Source: an uncultured bacterium
GTDB taxonomy: Bacteria > Verrucomicrobiota > Lentisphaeria > Victivallales > UBA1829
DNA: 64,000 bases
Reading direction: 5' to 3'
Assembly (NCBI GenBank): GCA_900549415.1
Contig: URNX01000007.1
Coordinates: 1,249 to 65,248 of the forward strand
Position 1 is the first letter of the stretch, and every line of letters starts with the position of its first letter. This document shows positions 44,365 to 53,041 of the stretch, piece after piece. Position numbers and translations under genes: made by a program. The notes under the pieces were generated by a model, which had not been told where the DNA came from, made no database searches, and was given only the letters and a program-made list of their open reading frames with translations.

Positions 44365-45558
44365 TTAGTAATACTTGATAGAGACCTGCTTCCGGTAGTT
44401 CTGTTTCAGAATATCGTGCAGGCGTTTTATTATGTTTCTTCGGATTTCGAGGTCGACAGGAAGGTTCGGGTCCTGATGCGCCTCGTTGACTTTCGTTCCG
44501 ACGATAAACTCTATGATGTCGCTCTCCATCATGCCGTTGATGATGTCCTTCGCGGCCGGCGGAGAGTCGTCCCAGTTCCCGCTTTCGAGATCCGACGCGA
44601 CACGCGTCAGAGTCAGAATGCCTTCGGTGACGATACCGACTCCGGGAATGATTCCCGGCGGGGGAAGTCCTTTGCTGAAACGCACCATTTTCAGGTCGAT
44701 TTCAACCTTCGTGCGCAGTTCCCTTTCGATAATGTTTGCGGTTGTTCCGCCGCAGATGATCACGCGGTCGGCTCCGGTTTCCGGCTGGGCGAGGGCGGCG
44801 AATTCCTGGTCGCGCTCCTTGCGGAACGGCGGACCGGTGAGGACGCGGCAGACGCGCGGCTTGCGCAGGTAGATCACCAGACAGCTGATATCGTCGATGC
44901 ATTTGCGGTTCGGATTGATCGAAAGCGCCTGATAGGCAACCGCCTGGGCAATGTCCTTTGCAGAGACGTCCGGCTGGCGGGCGATGAGTTCCTGAACGAA
45001 TTTCATGAGTCCGCGCCGGCCCCACCCGAACTTGTAGTTGCGCTGTCCGAGTCCAGCCTGAGTGACGCCGTCGGAACAGGCGATCAGCCGGTCTCCGACT
45101 TCCAGACGCAGTTCGGAAAGCTGCATCTCGCGGTCCGGCCAGCGCTCCGAAATGAGAGTCTTCGCGGAAAACGGCGGAATTTCAACCGTTCCGCGCAGCT
45201 GAATGTACGGCGGATTGCCCATTTCGACGACTTTGGTTTTGCCGCCCATCTGCATATCCAGAATAGTGAAAGTCGCATAGCTGATTTTGCGGATTTCGCA
45301 GACGGGGAGGGTATCCATGATTGTTTCCGCCGACTGGAGAATATCCATGTTCGAGCGGATGAATTTCATCGCCATTGTTGTTGTCAGCGTGGCAAGCAGA
45401 TTCGCCTTGATTCCGCTGCCGAGACCGTCTGAGAGAACCGCGATGTTGCGGTTCTCGTTCTCCAGCCTCTGCCACTGGAAATTGTCGCCGCAGGCAGCCT
45501 GACCGTCTTTGGTAAGCTGGCAGCATTCCATTTCAACAAACGGGGAATCATACTTCAT
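44365..45558 (-). CDS. PP2C/SpoIIE-type serine phosphatase with uncharacterised ~160-aa C-terminal domain
   Basis: 397 aa; metal-binding Asp blocks VLSDGLGSG, ACSDGV, DDISCLV. C-terminal part (from ~RVLTGPPF...) unrecognised. ATGA overlap with hydS. Confidence 0.82.
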   Translation of the reverse strand: MKYDSPFVEMECCQLTKDGQAACGDNFQWQRLENENRNIAVLSDGLGSGIKANLLATLTTTMAMKFIRSNMDILQSAETIMDTLPVCEIRKISYATFTILDMQMGGKTKVVEMGNPPYIQLRGTVEIPPFSAKTLISERWPDREMQLSELRLEVGDRLIACSDGVTQAGLGQRNYKFGWGRRGLMKFVQELIARQPDVSAKDIAQAVAYQALSINPNRKCIDDISCLVIYLRKPRVCRVLTGPPFRKERDQEFAALAQPETGADRVIICGGTTANIIERELRTKVEIDLKMVRFSKGLPPPGIIPGVGIVTEGILTLTRVASDLESGNWDDSPPAAKDIINGMMESDIIEFIVGTKVNEAHQDPNLPVDLEIRRNIIKRLHDILKQNYRKQVSIKYY

Positions 45559-47279
45559 TTGTGTTCGGTCTCCTTGCCGTCCTTGTGGTCGGTGTAGGTG
45601 CCGGCGACTTCTTTCAGCAGGATTTCCGTATCCGCCATATGTTCACCGAGGTAGCGGGCTATTTTCTGAACGGTCATGACGTTTTTGCGGATAACCTCTT
45701 TCGCGCGTTCCGCAATCTGCTCGCGCTTGAGTTCATTCTGGGTAACGTCCTGAATGACCGCGCCGACCGTCTGTCCCTCGTTGATGGTGAAGACGCTGAT
45801 GTTGAGAATTCTTTCCCCGGAGACCTGATTGAATTTTTCGATTTCGCCGCCGTTCGCAAGCACGCTCTCGAAAAGGTCGGTGAAGTCGATCATGGAGTCG
45901 AGATAAGCGCCGTTCAGATTTCCGCAGGAGTCGAATGCCAGCAGAGTATCCTCGCCGCAGAGCTCGGCGAAATGCCGGTTGCATTCGATGACCTGGAGAT
46001 CCTGATCGGCAAGCACGACCGCGACGGGAATGTAGCGGATCAGTGCATTGCTGGTCTTCTGGGAAATCTTGCGGAGATAGGAGAGGCACATGGATGTCTC
46101 CGCCTTGCCGTCGAGCATCGCTTTTGCAAATTCGCGGCAGCTGTTGTAGCCGCATCCGCCGCAGTTGAGTTCATCTTCTGCGGAATATTTGCCGATGCGG
46201 TGAAGCGCCTGGAGAATCGCCGCTTCATCGGGCTGCGGTTCGGAGTGGCGGTCTGGGTAAATCAGCTGCTGAATGTTGACGGGAACTTCGCGACCGACAC
46301 TGCTGTGGTGCGGCGCATGAGCCGCTGTTTCGAGCAGAATGTCAATGCGTGAGGATTCCCGGCGCATGACAGGGCCGTTGACGCATCCGCCGTCGCAGGC
46401 AAGCATTTCAACAAAGATTTTCGATCCGCTTTCTTTAAGGGTCGCAAGATCAACCTTTTCAATCAGGCGGGCGATGTTGGGCAGCCCGGAGACGGCGAGC
46501 AGACGGGCATCCACTTCGGGTGAACGGAGCGTTTCGTTCATTCCGCCTTCAATTGAATAGACGCGTCCTTCTTCCGCCTGAACGGGAACCAGCGGCTCCT
46601 CGTTCATTTTGTCGAGAGAGATTCCTTCGCTCTTCAGCCATGATTCGAGCGCGGCGAACGTAATTGCCAGACTCAGATCGTCCGGGTTGCGGTCCGCCTC
46701 GTTCTTTTTAGCTGCGCAGGGACCGACGAAAATAACCTTGATGTCGTCCCCGTAAACCTGTTTCAGATATTTGCAGTGCGCCATGACCGGCGAAGTGACC
46801 GGAAGAAAGTTGTCGGTCCATGCCGGATAATATTTACGGATAAAATCGACGGAAGCCGGACACGCCGTAGAAAGATAGACGCCCGGTCCGGCCTGTTTGA
46901 GCAGTTCCGCAGTCTGAGCGCTGACAAACTGTGCGCCGATTGCTGTTTCGCTTGCTCCGGCGAAGCCGAGACGCTTGAGAGCCGCGGCGATCCTGCCGAT
47001 GGGAATATTTTTGAAATAGCCAACATAGCTTGGAGCGATGGATGCATAAACCTTTGCGCCGGAATGAAGCAGGTATTGCGCACGGGAGAGATCCGAGCGG
47101 ATTTTCTTGGCTTCCGCGGGACAGACCTTGACGCATTCTCCACATGAAACGCAGAGCTCCGGAATCACCGCCGCGCGAGCGTTGACGATCCGGATGGCCT
47201 TGCAGTGACAGTGCCGGACGCATTTGTAGCAGTCCTGACACTCGTTCGCCGTCGTGTAGATCGGAAAATTCTGATTCAT
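45555..47279 (-). CDS. hydS: sensory [FeFe] hydrogenase HydS (group C type) with C-terminal 4-Cys motif and PAS domain
   Basis: 574 aa; 2x[4Fe-4S] N-terminus. H-domain with L1 STACP (proton-relay Cys replaced by Ala), L2 GPCAAKKNE, L3 EMLACDGGCVNGP. CGGCGYNSC-x16-C (Cx2Cx4Cx16C), then PAS-like ...IPVAVVLADQDLQVIECNRHFAELCG... Confidence 0.88.
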   Translation of the reverse strand: MNQNFPIYTTANECQDCYKCVRHCHCKAIRIVNARAAVIPELCVSCGECVKVCPAEAKKIRSDLSRAQYLLHSGAKVYASIAPSYVGYFKNIPIGRIAAALKRLGFAGASETAIGAQFVSAQTAELLKQAGPGVYLSTACPASVDFIRKYYPAWTDNFLPVTSPVMAHCKYLKQVYGDDIKVIFVGPCAAKKNEADRNPDDLSLAITFAALESWLKSEGISLDKMNEEPLVPVQAEEGRVYSIEGGMNETLRSPEVDARLLAVSGLPNIARLIEKVDLATLKESGSKIFVEMLACDGGCVNGPVMRRESSRIDILLETAAHAPHHSSVGREVPVNIQQLIYPDRHSEPQPDEAAILQALHRIGKYSAEDELNCGGCGYNSCREFAKAMLDGKAETSMCLSYLRKISQKTSNALIRYIPVAVVLADQDLQVIECNRHFAELCGEDTLLAFDSCGNLNGAYLDSMIDFTDLFESVLANGGEIEKFNQVSGERILNISVFTINEGQTVGAVIQDVTQNELKREQIAERAKEVIRKNVMTVQKIARYLGEHMADTEILLKEVAGTYTDHKDGKETEHK

Positions 47280-47341
47280 TGTTGATCCTGTAAATTCGGG
47301 GTTACAGAGTCCGTTACAACCTCTATTCCTTAACTCTCAGC

Positions 47342-47371
47342 AATATATCACACATTTCGTGAAAATTGCAA
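47342..47371 (-). promoter_or_regulatory. sigma-70-like promoter candidate for hydS
   Basis: Minus strand TTGCAA-N18-TATATT (plus 47366-47371 and 47342-47347). The spacer contains TTCAC-N5-GTGTGA. Confidence 0.3.
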
Positions 47372-47383
47372 GCGGAAAATGAA

Positions 47384-47638
47384 TTATTTTTCCGGAAATA
47401 ATTTTTTCATCAGGTCGAGCATGACGCCGCGGTCTACTTTTGTGTAGATCTGATCGTCAACCACAACGATGGGACCGTCGGCGCAGCGTCCCTGGCAGAG
47501 CGCACCCTGAAGTTCCAGATCGACTTCATCTTTCAGATGATGTTCCTCCAGATACTTCTGAATGACTTCGACATTCAGTTCGTTGCCCCGCGCGAAGCAG
47601 GAACTGCCGATGCAGACGGTAATCTTAGGCTTTGCCAT
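47384..47638 (-). CDS. thioredoxin-like [2Fe-2S] ferredoxin domain protein
   Basis: ORF trimmed to MAKPKITVCIGSSCFARG... (GGAGGA SD); Cx4C...Cx3C (CIGSSC...CQGRC). Confidence 0.75.
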   Translation of the reverse strand: MAKPKITVCIGSSCFARGNELNVEVIQKYLEEHHLKDEVDLELQGALCQGRCADGPIVVVDDQIYTKVDRGVMLDLMKKLFPEK

Positions 47639-47663
47639 ATATGTTTCCTCCTGGACGTGTTGA

Positions 47664-47703
47664 CAAAAAATACGGGTTATACCGTAATATAACCCGTATT
47701 TTG
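47664..47703 (-). terminator. adhE terminator / perfect 12-bp hairpin
   Basis: ATACGGGTTATA (47670-47681) / TATAACCCGTAT (47688-47699), 6-nt loop, A6 on the left and T4 on the right (T6 when read on the minus strand). Confidence 0.75.
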
Positions 47704-47716
47704 AAAAAGTCACGCC

Positions 47717-50338
47717 TTATTTTCCATAATATGCGCGGAGGAACATCTCCTTGATTTCGGAAATCAGCGGATAGCGCGGATTTGCGCCGGTGCACTGATC
47801 GTCGAAGGCGTCTTCGCTGAGCTTGTCGAGCTTGGCGAGGAATTCTTTTTCCGGAACTCCGGCTTCCTGAATGGTCTTCGGAATCTGGAGTCTGTCTTTC
47901 AGTTCCTGAACCTTCTGGATGAGGAGCTCGACCTTCTCGTCGTCGTTCTTGCCGCCGAGCTTCAGGAAGTCCGCCAGGCTGGCGTAACGTTCCTTCGCAT
48001 CCGGGCACTTGTACTGCGGGAAGGTTCCCTGCTTGGTCGGCTTGGTCGTCGCATTGAAGCGGATGACCTCATTGATCAGCAGAGCGTTTGCAAGTCCGTG
48101 CGGGACATGGAAGGCCGCGCCGAGCTTGTGAGCCATCGAGTGGCAGACACCGAGGAAGGCGTTTGCGAACGCCATACCGGCGATTGTGGAAGCGTGGTGG
48201 ATCTTCTCACGTGCCTTTTCATCGACAGTTCCGTTCTCGTAAGCTGCGGGCAGGTACTTGAAGACCAGGCGGGCGGCTTCACGGGCAAGACCGTTGGTGT
48301 ATTCGGAAGCGAGAATCGAAACACGGGCTTCGAGAGCGTGAACCAGAGCATCGATACCGGAATAAGCGGTGAGCTTCTTCGGCATGTTCATCACCAGACG
48401 CGTGTCGATGATCGCCATGGTCGGGGTGAGTTCATAGTCCGCCAGCGGGTACTTGTAACCGGTCGTTTCATCGGTGATAACGGCGAACGGTGTAACTTCG
48501 GAACCTGTTCCGGAAGTGGTCGGAATCGCAACGAGGGAAGCCTTCGTGCCAAGTTTCGGGAACTTGTAGACGCGCTTGCGGATATCCATGAAGCGCATTG
48601 CGATATCGTCGAAGTGGATTTCCGGGTGTTCGTAGAGCAGCCACATGATCTTGGCCGCGTCCATCGGGGAGCCGCCGCCGACGGCGATGATGACGTCCGG
48701 CTGGAAGGAGTTCATGCGCTCCAGTCCCTTGCGGGCGGTGCCGAGGGTCGGATCCGGAAGAACATCGGCAAAGACTTCGGACTTGATGCCCATGTCTTCA
48801 AGAACCTTCAGAGCGTCGTTGAGCAGACCGTTCTCATAGAGGAACTTGTCGGTGACGAAGAAGGCGCGCTTCTTGTCGCTGAGGTCGCTCAGACCTTCTC
48901 TCAGGCAGCCGTATTTGAAGTAGATTTTCGGCGGGACACGGAACCACAGCATGTTTTCTCTCCTCTGTGCAACGGTTTTGACGTTCAAAAGATGTTTCGG
49001 CGTGACGTTCTGGCTGACGGAGTTTCCGCCCCAGGATCCGCAACCGAGGGTGAGGGAGGGGTCAAGTTTGAAGTTGAAGACGTCACCGATAGCGCCCTGG
49101 CTGGAAGGCATGTTGATCAGCACGCGGCAGGTTGCCATGCGGTTGCCGAAGTCGGTGATGCGGTCGGTGTTGCGCGGGTTCGTGTAGAGCACGCTTGTGT
49201 GACCCATGCCGCCGAACTCGATCAGAGCTTCCGCATTCTGGACAGCCGCTTCAAAGTCTTTGACCTTGTAGAGTGCGAGAACCGGAGAGAGCTTTTCGCG
49301 GGAGAACGGGTAGTCGGGACCGACGCCGTCGGTTTCCGCGATCAGGACTTTTGCATCCTCGGGAACCTTGACGCCCGCCATCGCGGCGATCTTGAACGCG
49401 CTCTGGCCGACGATCTTGGCGTTGAGTTTGTGGTCGATGATGATGGTCTTGCCGACTTTGTCTGCTTCTTCCTTGGTAAGGATGTAAGCGCCGCGTTTGA
49501 GAAACTCGGCCTTGACTTCGTCGTAGATGCTCTCGACAACGGTGACAGACTGCTCGGATGCGCAGATCATGCCGTTATCGAAGGTTTTACTCTGGAGAAC
49601 GCCGCTGACAGCCATGAGGATGTCGCAGGTTTCATCGAAGACTGCGGGAGTGTTTCCTGCGCCGACGCCGACTGCGGGAACGCCCGAGGAGTAAGCCGCT
49701 TTGACCATGCCCGGACCGCCGGTCGCGAGGATCAGGTTGATCATCGGATGACCCATGAGGTGCTGGCTGAGGGCAACGGTCGGCTCTTCAATCCAGCCGA
49801 TGATGTCTGCGGGAGCACCGGCTGCAACAGCTGCGTCGCGGACAATCTTCGCGGCTTCAATCGTGGATTCCTTCGCTCTCGGATGGGGGCTGAAGATAAT
49901 GCCGTTGCGGGTCTTCAGTGCGAGGAGGGATTTGAAGATAGCGGTGGAGGTCGGGTTTGTGGTCGGAACGATACCGGCGATCAGGCCGACAGGTTCCGCG
50001 AGCTTCATGATACCGAATCCTTCATCGTATTCGATCATGTCGCAGGTTTTTTCGGATTTGTACTTGTTGTAAACGTACTCGGAAGCGAAATGGTTCTTGA
50101 TGACCTTGTCTTCGATTACGCCCATTCCGGTTTCGGCAACCGCCATCTTGGCAAGGGGAATACGAGCTTCGTTTGCAGCGATAGCGGCCGCACGGAAGAT
50201 GTCGTCGACCTGCTGCTGAGTATACGTCGCATATTTAGACTGCGCCGCTTTGACTCGAGCGATAGTTTCGTTGAGTTCCTGAAGCTGCTTTTCCGCTTCA
50301 GCCTTAGTGTCGGTTTCCGGTGTAATTTCTTTTGCCAT
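47717..50338 (-). CDS. adhE: bifunctional acetaldehyde-CoA/alcohol dehydrogenase
   Basis: ORF trimmed to MAKEITPETDTKAEAEKQLQELNETIARVKAAQ... (AGGTGA SD). ALDH domain plus iron-ADH domain (...GGGSPMDAAK...). Confidence 0.95.
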   Translation of the reverse strand: MAKEITPETDTKAEAEKQLQELNETIARVKAAQSKYATYTQQQVDDIFRAAAIAANEARIPLAKMAVAETGMGVIEDKVIKNHFASEYVYNKYKSEKTCDMIEYDEGFGIMKLAEPVGLIAGIVPTTNPTSTAIFKSLLALKTRNGIIFSPHPRAKESTIEAAKIVRDAAVAAGAPADIIGWIEEPTVALSQHLMGHPMINLILATGGPGMVKAAYSSGVPAVGVGAGNTPAVFDETCDILMAVSGVLQSKTFDNGMICASEQSVTVVESIYDEVKAEFLKRGAYILTKEEADKVGKTIIIDHKLNAKIVGQSAFKIAAMAGVKVPEDAKVLIAETDGVGPDYPFSREKLSPVLALYKVKDFEAAVQNAEALIEFGGMGHTSVLYTNPRNTDRITDFGNRMATCRVLINMPSSQGAIGDVFNFKLDPSLTLGCGSWGGNSVSQNVTPKHLLNVKTVAQRRENMLWFRVPPKIYFKYGCLREGLSDLSDKKRAFFVTDKFLYENGLLNDALKVLEDMGIKSEVFADVLPDPTLGTARKGLERMNSFQPDVIIAVGGGSPMDAAKIMWLLYEHPEIHFDDIAMRFMDIRKRVYKFPKLGTKASLVAIPTTSGTGSEVTPFAVITDETTGYKYPLADYELTPTMAIIDTRLVMNMPKKLTAYSGIDALVHALEARVSILASEYTNGLAREAARLVFKYLPAAYENGTVDEKAREKIHHASTIAGMAFANAFLGVCHSMAHKLGAAFHVPHGLANALLINEVIRFNATTKPTKQGTFPQYKCPDAKERYASLADFLKLGGKNDDEKVELLIQKVQELKDRLQIPKTIQEAGVPEKEFLAKLDKLSEDAFDDQCTGANPRYPLISEIKEMFLRAYYGK

Positions 50339-50704
50339 ATTTTCACCTTTTGTTTTCACTGGCTGAACAAAGTCTTTCACATGAAAGCTTGTTTTTCACC
50401 TTGTTGCCTTTTAAAATACATCGTTTCACAGAGAAATCAAGTCCCGTTCGTGATTTTTATTGAAAATATTTTCCCCGAATTCCTTCGTGCTGTGAAAATA
50501 TAAACAGCAAAGATGTTTTTTCAGTGTTTTACGCTCATTTAACGGCATTTTCCGCTCATTTGACACTTGAAAAACTCCCTTAATGAAAATGGTTTATGCG
50601 GCAATCTCCTTTGCAAACAGATTGTTTTTTCAGCTGCTGTGAAAAATGTAACGATTCTGTTCTTTTCTTTTTCAGGAACAATGAACGAATCCTGAATCAA
50701 CACA

Positions 50705-50722
50705 ATGTGAAAACAATCACAA
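50705..50722. promoter_or_regulatory. Rex-like palindromic operator candidate upstream of adhE
   Basis: ATGTGAAAACAATCACAA matches TGTGAA-N4-TTCACA at 11/12 core positions. Weaker copies at ~50491 (TGTGAAAATATAAACA) and ~50638. Confidence 0.35.
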
Positions 50723-50740
50723 CAGTCTTCCGGATACGTA

Positions 50741-50772
50741 AAAGGCGGTTGCTCTGCAGAGCAAACCGCCTG
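50741..50772 (-). terminator. rho-independent terminator after murB-ddl
   Basis: GGCGGTTGCTC / GAGCAAACCGCC stem (one bulge) with TGCA loop, followed by TTTT on the minus strand. Confidence 0.8.
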
Positions 50773-50793
50773 ATGGTTTGAGTGTAAAAAGTG

Positions 50794-52632
50794 TCAGCGT
50801 TCCGCTGCCGCGGCAGCAAGCATGCAGCACATTTCCACGAACGAAATACCGGCTGTTGCTGCGGCTTTCGGCAGAAGACTGCTCGGGGTGCAGCCGGGAA
50901 GGGCATTGCCTTCCAGAACCCAGACGGAATCATCTTTGCGGGAAATGAGAACGTCAACCCGAACCATGTCACGCGCATTGACGGCGCGGCTGTATTTCAC
51001 GGCAAGTTCCTGCGCTTCTTTCTGCGCGACTTCAGAAATTCCGGTCGGCGGACAGATGTACTGCGTTTCACCGTGGGCGTGCGTATACTTGGCGTCATAG
51101 TCATAAAGCTTTCCGGGATAACGGATTTCAACAAGCGGAAGCGCTTTGCCGTTCAGAACTCCGACGGTTGATTCCACTCCATCAATGTACTGTTCAACAA
51201 GCGCCGGATGACCGTATTTGAACGAAAGTTCCAGTGCCGCACGCCACTCCGATTCGGTGCTGACCAGGGAGAGACCGAAGGTCGAGCCTTCCATGGGAGG
51301 TTTGACGATCAGAGGCAGTCCGAGTTCTTCCGGGAAGGGAGCGTCGAGACTGTCGACCACAACACTCTTCGGATTGCGGATGCCGTTCGCATCCATGATG
51401 CGCTTGGAGACAATTTTATCCATGATGTCGCGGCACGCCTGAGAGCCGGAACCCACGAATTTGATTCCGGCGTCCTCCAGCATCTTCTGAATGGTTCCAT
51501 CCTCACCGAACCCGCCGTGCAGAACCGGATAGACCACATCTGCCTTGCGCATGGCGTCGGTGATTTTGAGTTCCGTTATATCGTATTCTTCGACATGGTG
51601 TCCGCCTTTGCGCAGTGCATCGGCAACCGCCGCTCCGGAAATCAGGGAGACTTCGCGTTCCGCGCTCGTTCCGCCCTTCAGTACCAGAATGTTCAGGGGG
51701 CGTGCAGCCTCCGCCGTTTTCTTCGTTTCCATATTCACAAACCTCAGTTCCATATTCAAAACGACTCCGCATCCGGTCCTCACCGCGAGGGCCATCCGGG
51801 ACGCCAGAGCCGCACAGTTCGATTCCGATACCTGTTTTGAATGATTCACGATCCAGTTCGCATGTTCCGGGCTGACCCGCAGTTCACCGCACGCAAAACT
51901 CTTCGCGCCGCAACTTTCCAGAAGACGTCCGGCGGAAAGTCCCGGTGCGGGGTTGCGGAAAACGCTTCCCGCGGAACGTCCGCGAGGTGTCACGAGAGCG
52001 CGTCTGCGCCGTTCTCCGGCAAGCAACCCGCGCTCTGCTTCCGGTTCACAAGGGGAAAAGCGGAAAAATGCCTTTGTCACAATGCCGCCTTCCGGAAGCG
52101 GAGAGGTGCGGTAACGCCATTCGCCGCGTCTGACGGGAATTTTGTGCAGAGCTCCGCTGGAAACATATTCAACTCCAGATAGAAAATCCGCAATTTCGCA
52201 TCCGCAGGCTCCGGCGTTCATGCGGATTGCTCCGCCAACCGTGCCAGGGATTCCGCCGAGTCCGGCGGCGCCGCCGAAACCGTGTTCCGCGGCAAAATCC
52301 AGCAGAGCGGAAAGTTTTGTCCCCGCACCCGCAACGATTTGATTTTCAACGATTTCCATTTTCCGGAAATCGTTTCCGAGTTTCAGAAAACAGATTTCCA
52401 GGGGAGAATCCGAACCGATCAGATTGGTTCCCGCCCCCAATGGGAAAACCGGAATGTTGCGTTTGCGGCAGACCGCAATCACTGAAAACAGATCATCCAT
52501 GGAATCCGGTTCGGCAAGGAAGAATCCCGCGAGCCCGGCGCCCATGGATGTGTAATCCGCCCAGCGGGCGGAAGTGTGAAAACGCACTCCCGGCAAACTT
52601 TCAGAGAAAATGCGCGGGAGTTCCGTCATCAC
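50794..52632 (-). CDS. fusion protein: UDP-N-acetylenolpyruvoylglucosamine reductase (MurB, aa 1-300) + D-alanine--D-alanine ligase (Ddl, aa ~301-612)
   Basis: Single uninterrupted 612-aa ORF. N-terminal half has [15 protein letters not shown] and [15 protein letters not shown] (MurB). C-terminal half has [19 protein letters not shown]... and ...[24 protein letters not shown] (Ddl). Junction ...[20 protein letters not shown] at ~51732. Confidence 0.88.
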   Translation of the reverse strand: MMTELPRIFSESLPGVRFHTSARWADYTSMGAGLAGFFLAEPDSMDDLFSVIAVCRKRNIPVFPLGAGTNLIGSDSPLEICFLKLGNDFRKMEIVENQIVAGAGTKLSALLDFAAEHGFGGAAGLGGIPGTVGGAIRMNAGACGCEIADFLSGVEYVSSGALHKIPVRRGEWRYRTSPLPEGGIVTKAFFRFSPCEPEAERGLLAGERRRRALVTPRGRSAGSVFRNPAPGLSAGRLLESCGAKSFACGELRVSPEHANWIVNHSKQVSESNCAALASRMALAVRTGCGVVLNMELRFVNMETKKTAEAARPLNILVLKGGTSAEREVSLISGAAVADALRKGGHHVEEYDITELKITDAMRKADVVYPVLHGGFGEDGTIQKMLEDAGIKFVGSGSQACRDIMDKIVSKRIMDANGIRNPKSVVVDSLDAPFPEELGLPLIVKPPMEGSTFGLSLVSTESEWRAALELSFKYGHPALVEQYIDGVESTVGVLNGKALPLVEIRYPGKLYDYDAKYTHAHGETQYICPPTGISEVAQKEAQELAVKYSRAVNARDMVRVDVLISRKDDSVWVLEGNALPGCTPSSLLPKAAATAGISFVEMCCMLAAAAAER

Positions 52633-53006
52633 TTCTTGTAAACCTTCGCAGGATCGAAGACGCGCTCGCCGACTACAACGAGTTCGCCGTTTTCATATTT
52701 GCGGAAGAAGCAGGAGTGATAACCTTCGTGGCAGGCGGCTCCGCCAATCTGTTCGACCTTGAAAATGACCGTGTCGAGGTCACAGTCTACATAGATTTCC
52801 TTGACTTTCTGAACGTTTCCGGACTCCTCGCCCTTTCTCCAGAGTTTCTGGCGGGAACGGGTCCAGTAGGTGGCATTGCCGGTCTTCAGGGTTTCGTTCC
52901 AGGCTTCTTCGTTGATGTACGCGAGCATGAGAACATCACCGGTTTTCCAGTCCTGGGCAATCGCCGGGAGCAGACCGCCGCCCTTCGCAAAATCGAGTTT
53001 TACCAT
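52629..53006 (-). CDS. hisI: phosphoribosyl-AMP cyclohydrolase (monofunctional)
   Basis: 125 aa; ...[43 protein letters not shown]...[27 protein letters not shown]. 4-nt overlap with murB-ddl. Confidence 0.92.
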   Translation of the reverse strand: MVKLDFAKGGGLLPAIAQDWKTGDVLMLAYINEEAWNETLKTGNATYWTRSRQKLWRKGEESGNVQKVKEIYVDCDLDTVIFKVEQIGGAACHEGYHSCFFRKYENGELVVVGERVFDPAKVYKK

Positions 53007-53041
53007 TTTTCTTCCTTACTTTATGTTAATGGGTTGCTGTT

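Noticed and set aside
47280-47383. TCAC-N7-GTGA / TTCGTGAAAATTGCAA elements upstream of hydS, considered as a Rex operator.
   Set aside because: The half-site order (TTCAC...GTGA) is inverted relative to the Rex palindrome and the match is weak. Retained only as part of a low-confidence promoter call.
50374-50387. Minimal start-stop ORF (ATG-TGA) inside the CTTTCACATGAAAG palindrome, preceded by an AAGGTGAAAA SD-like copy in the adhE leader.
   Set aside because: The SD-to-ATG spacing (about 13 nt) is too long and I have no conservation evidence. Kept only as a detail of the leader finding.
50560-50590. Good-looking TTGACA -35 box with a possible -10 in the adhE upstream region.
   Set aside because: It is on the plus strand, pointing away from adhE and into the murB-ddl terminator, with no plus-strand gene to serve. 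Probably fortuitous in AT-rich DNA.
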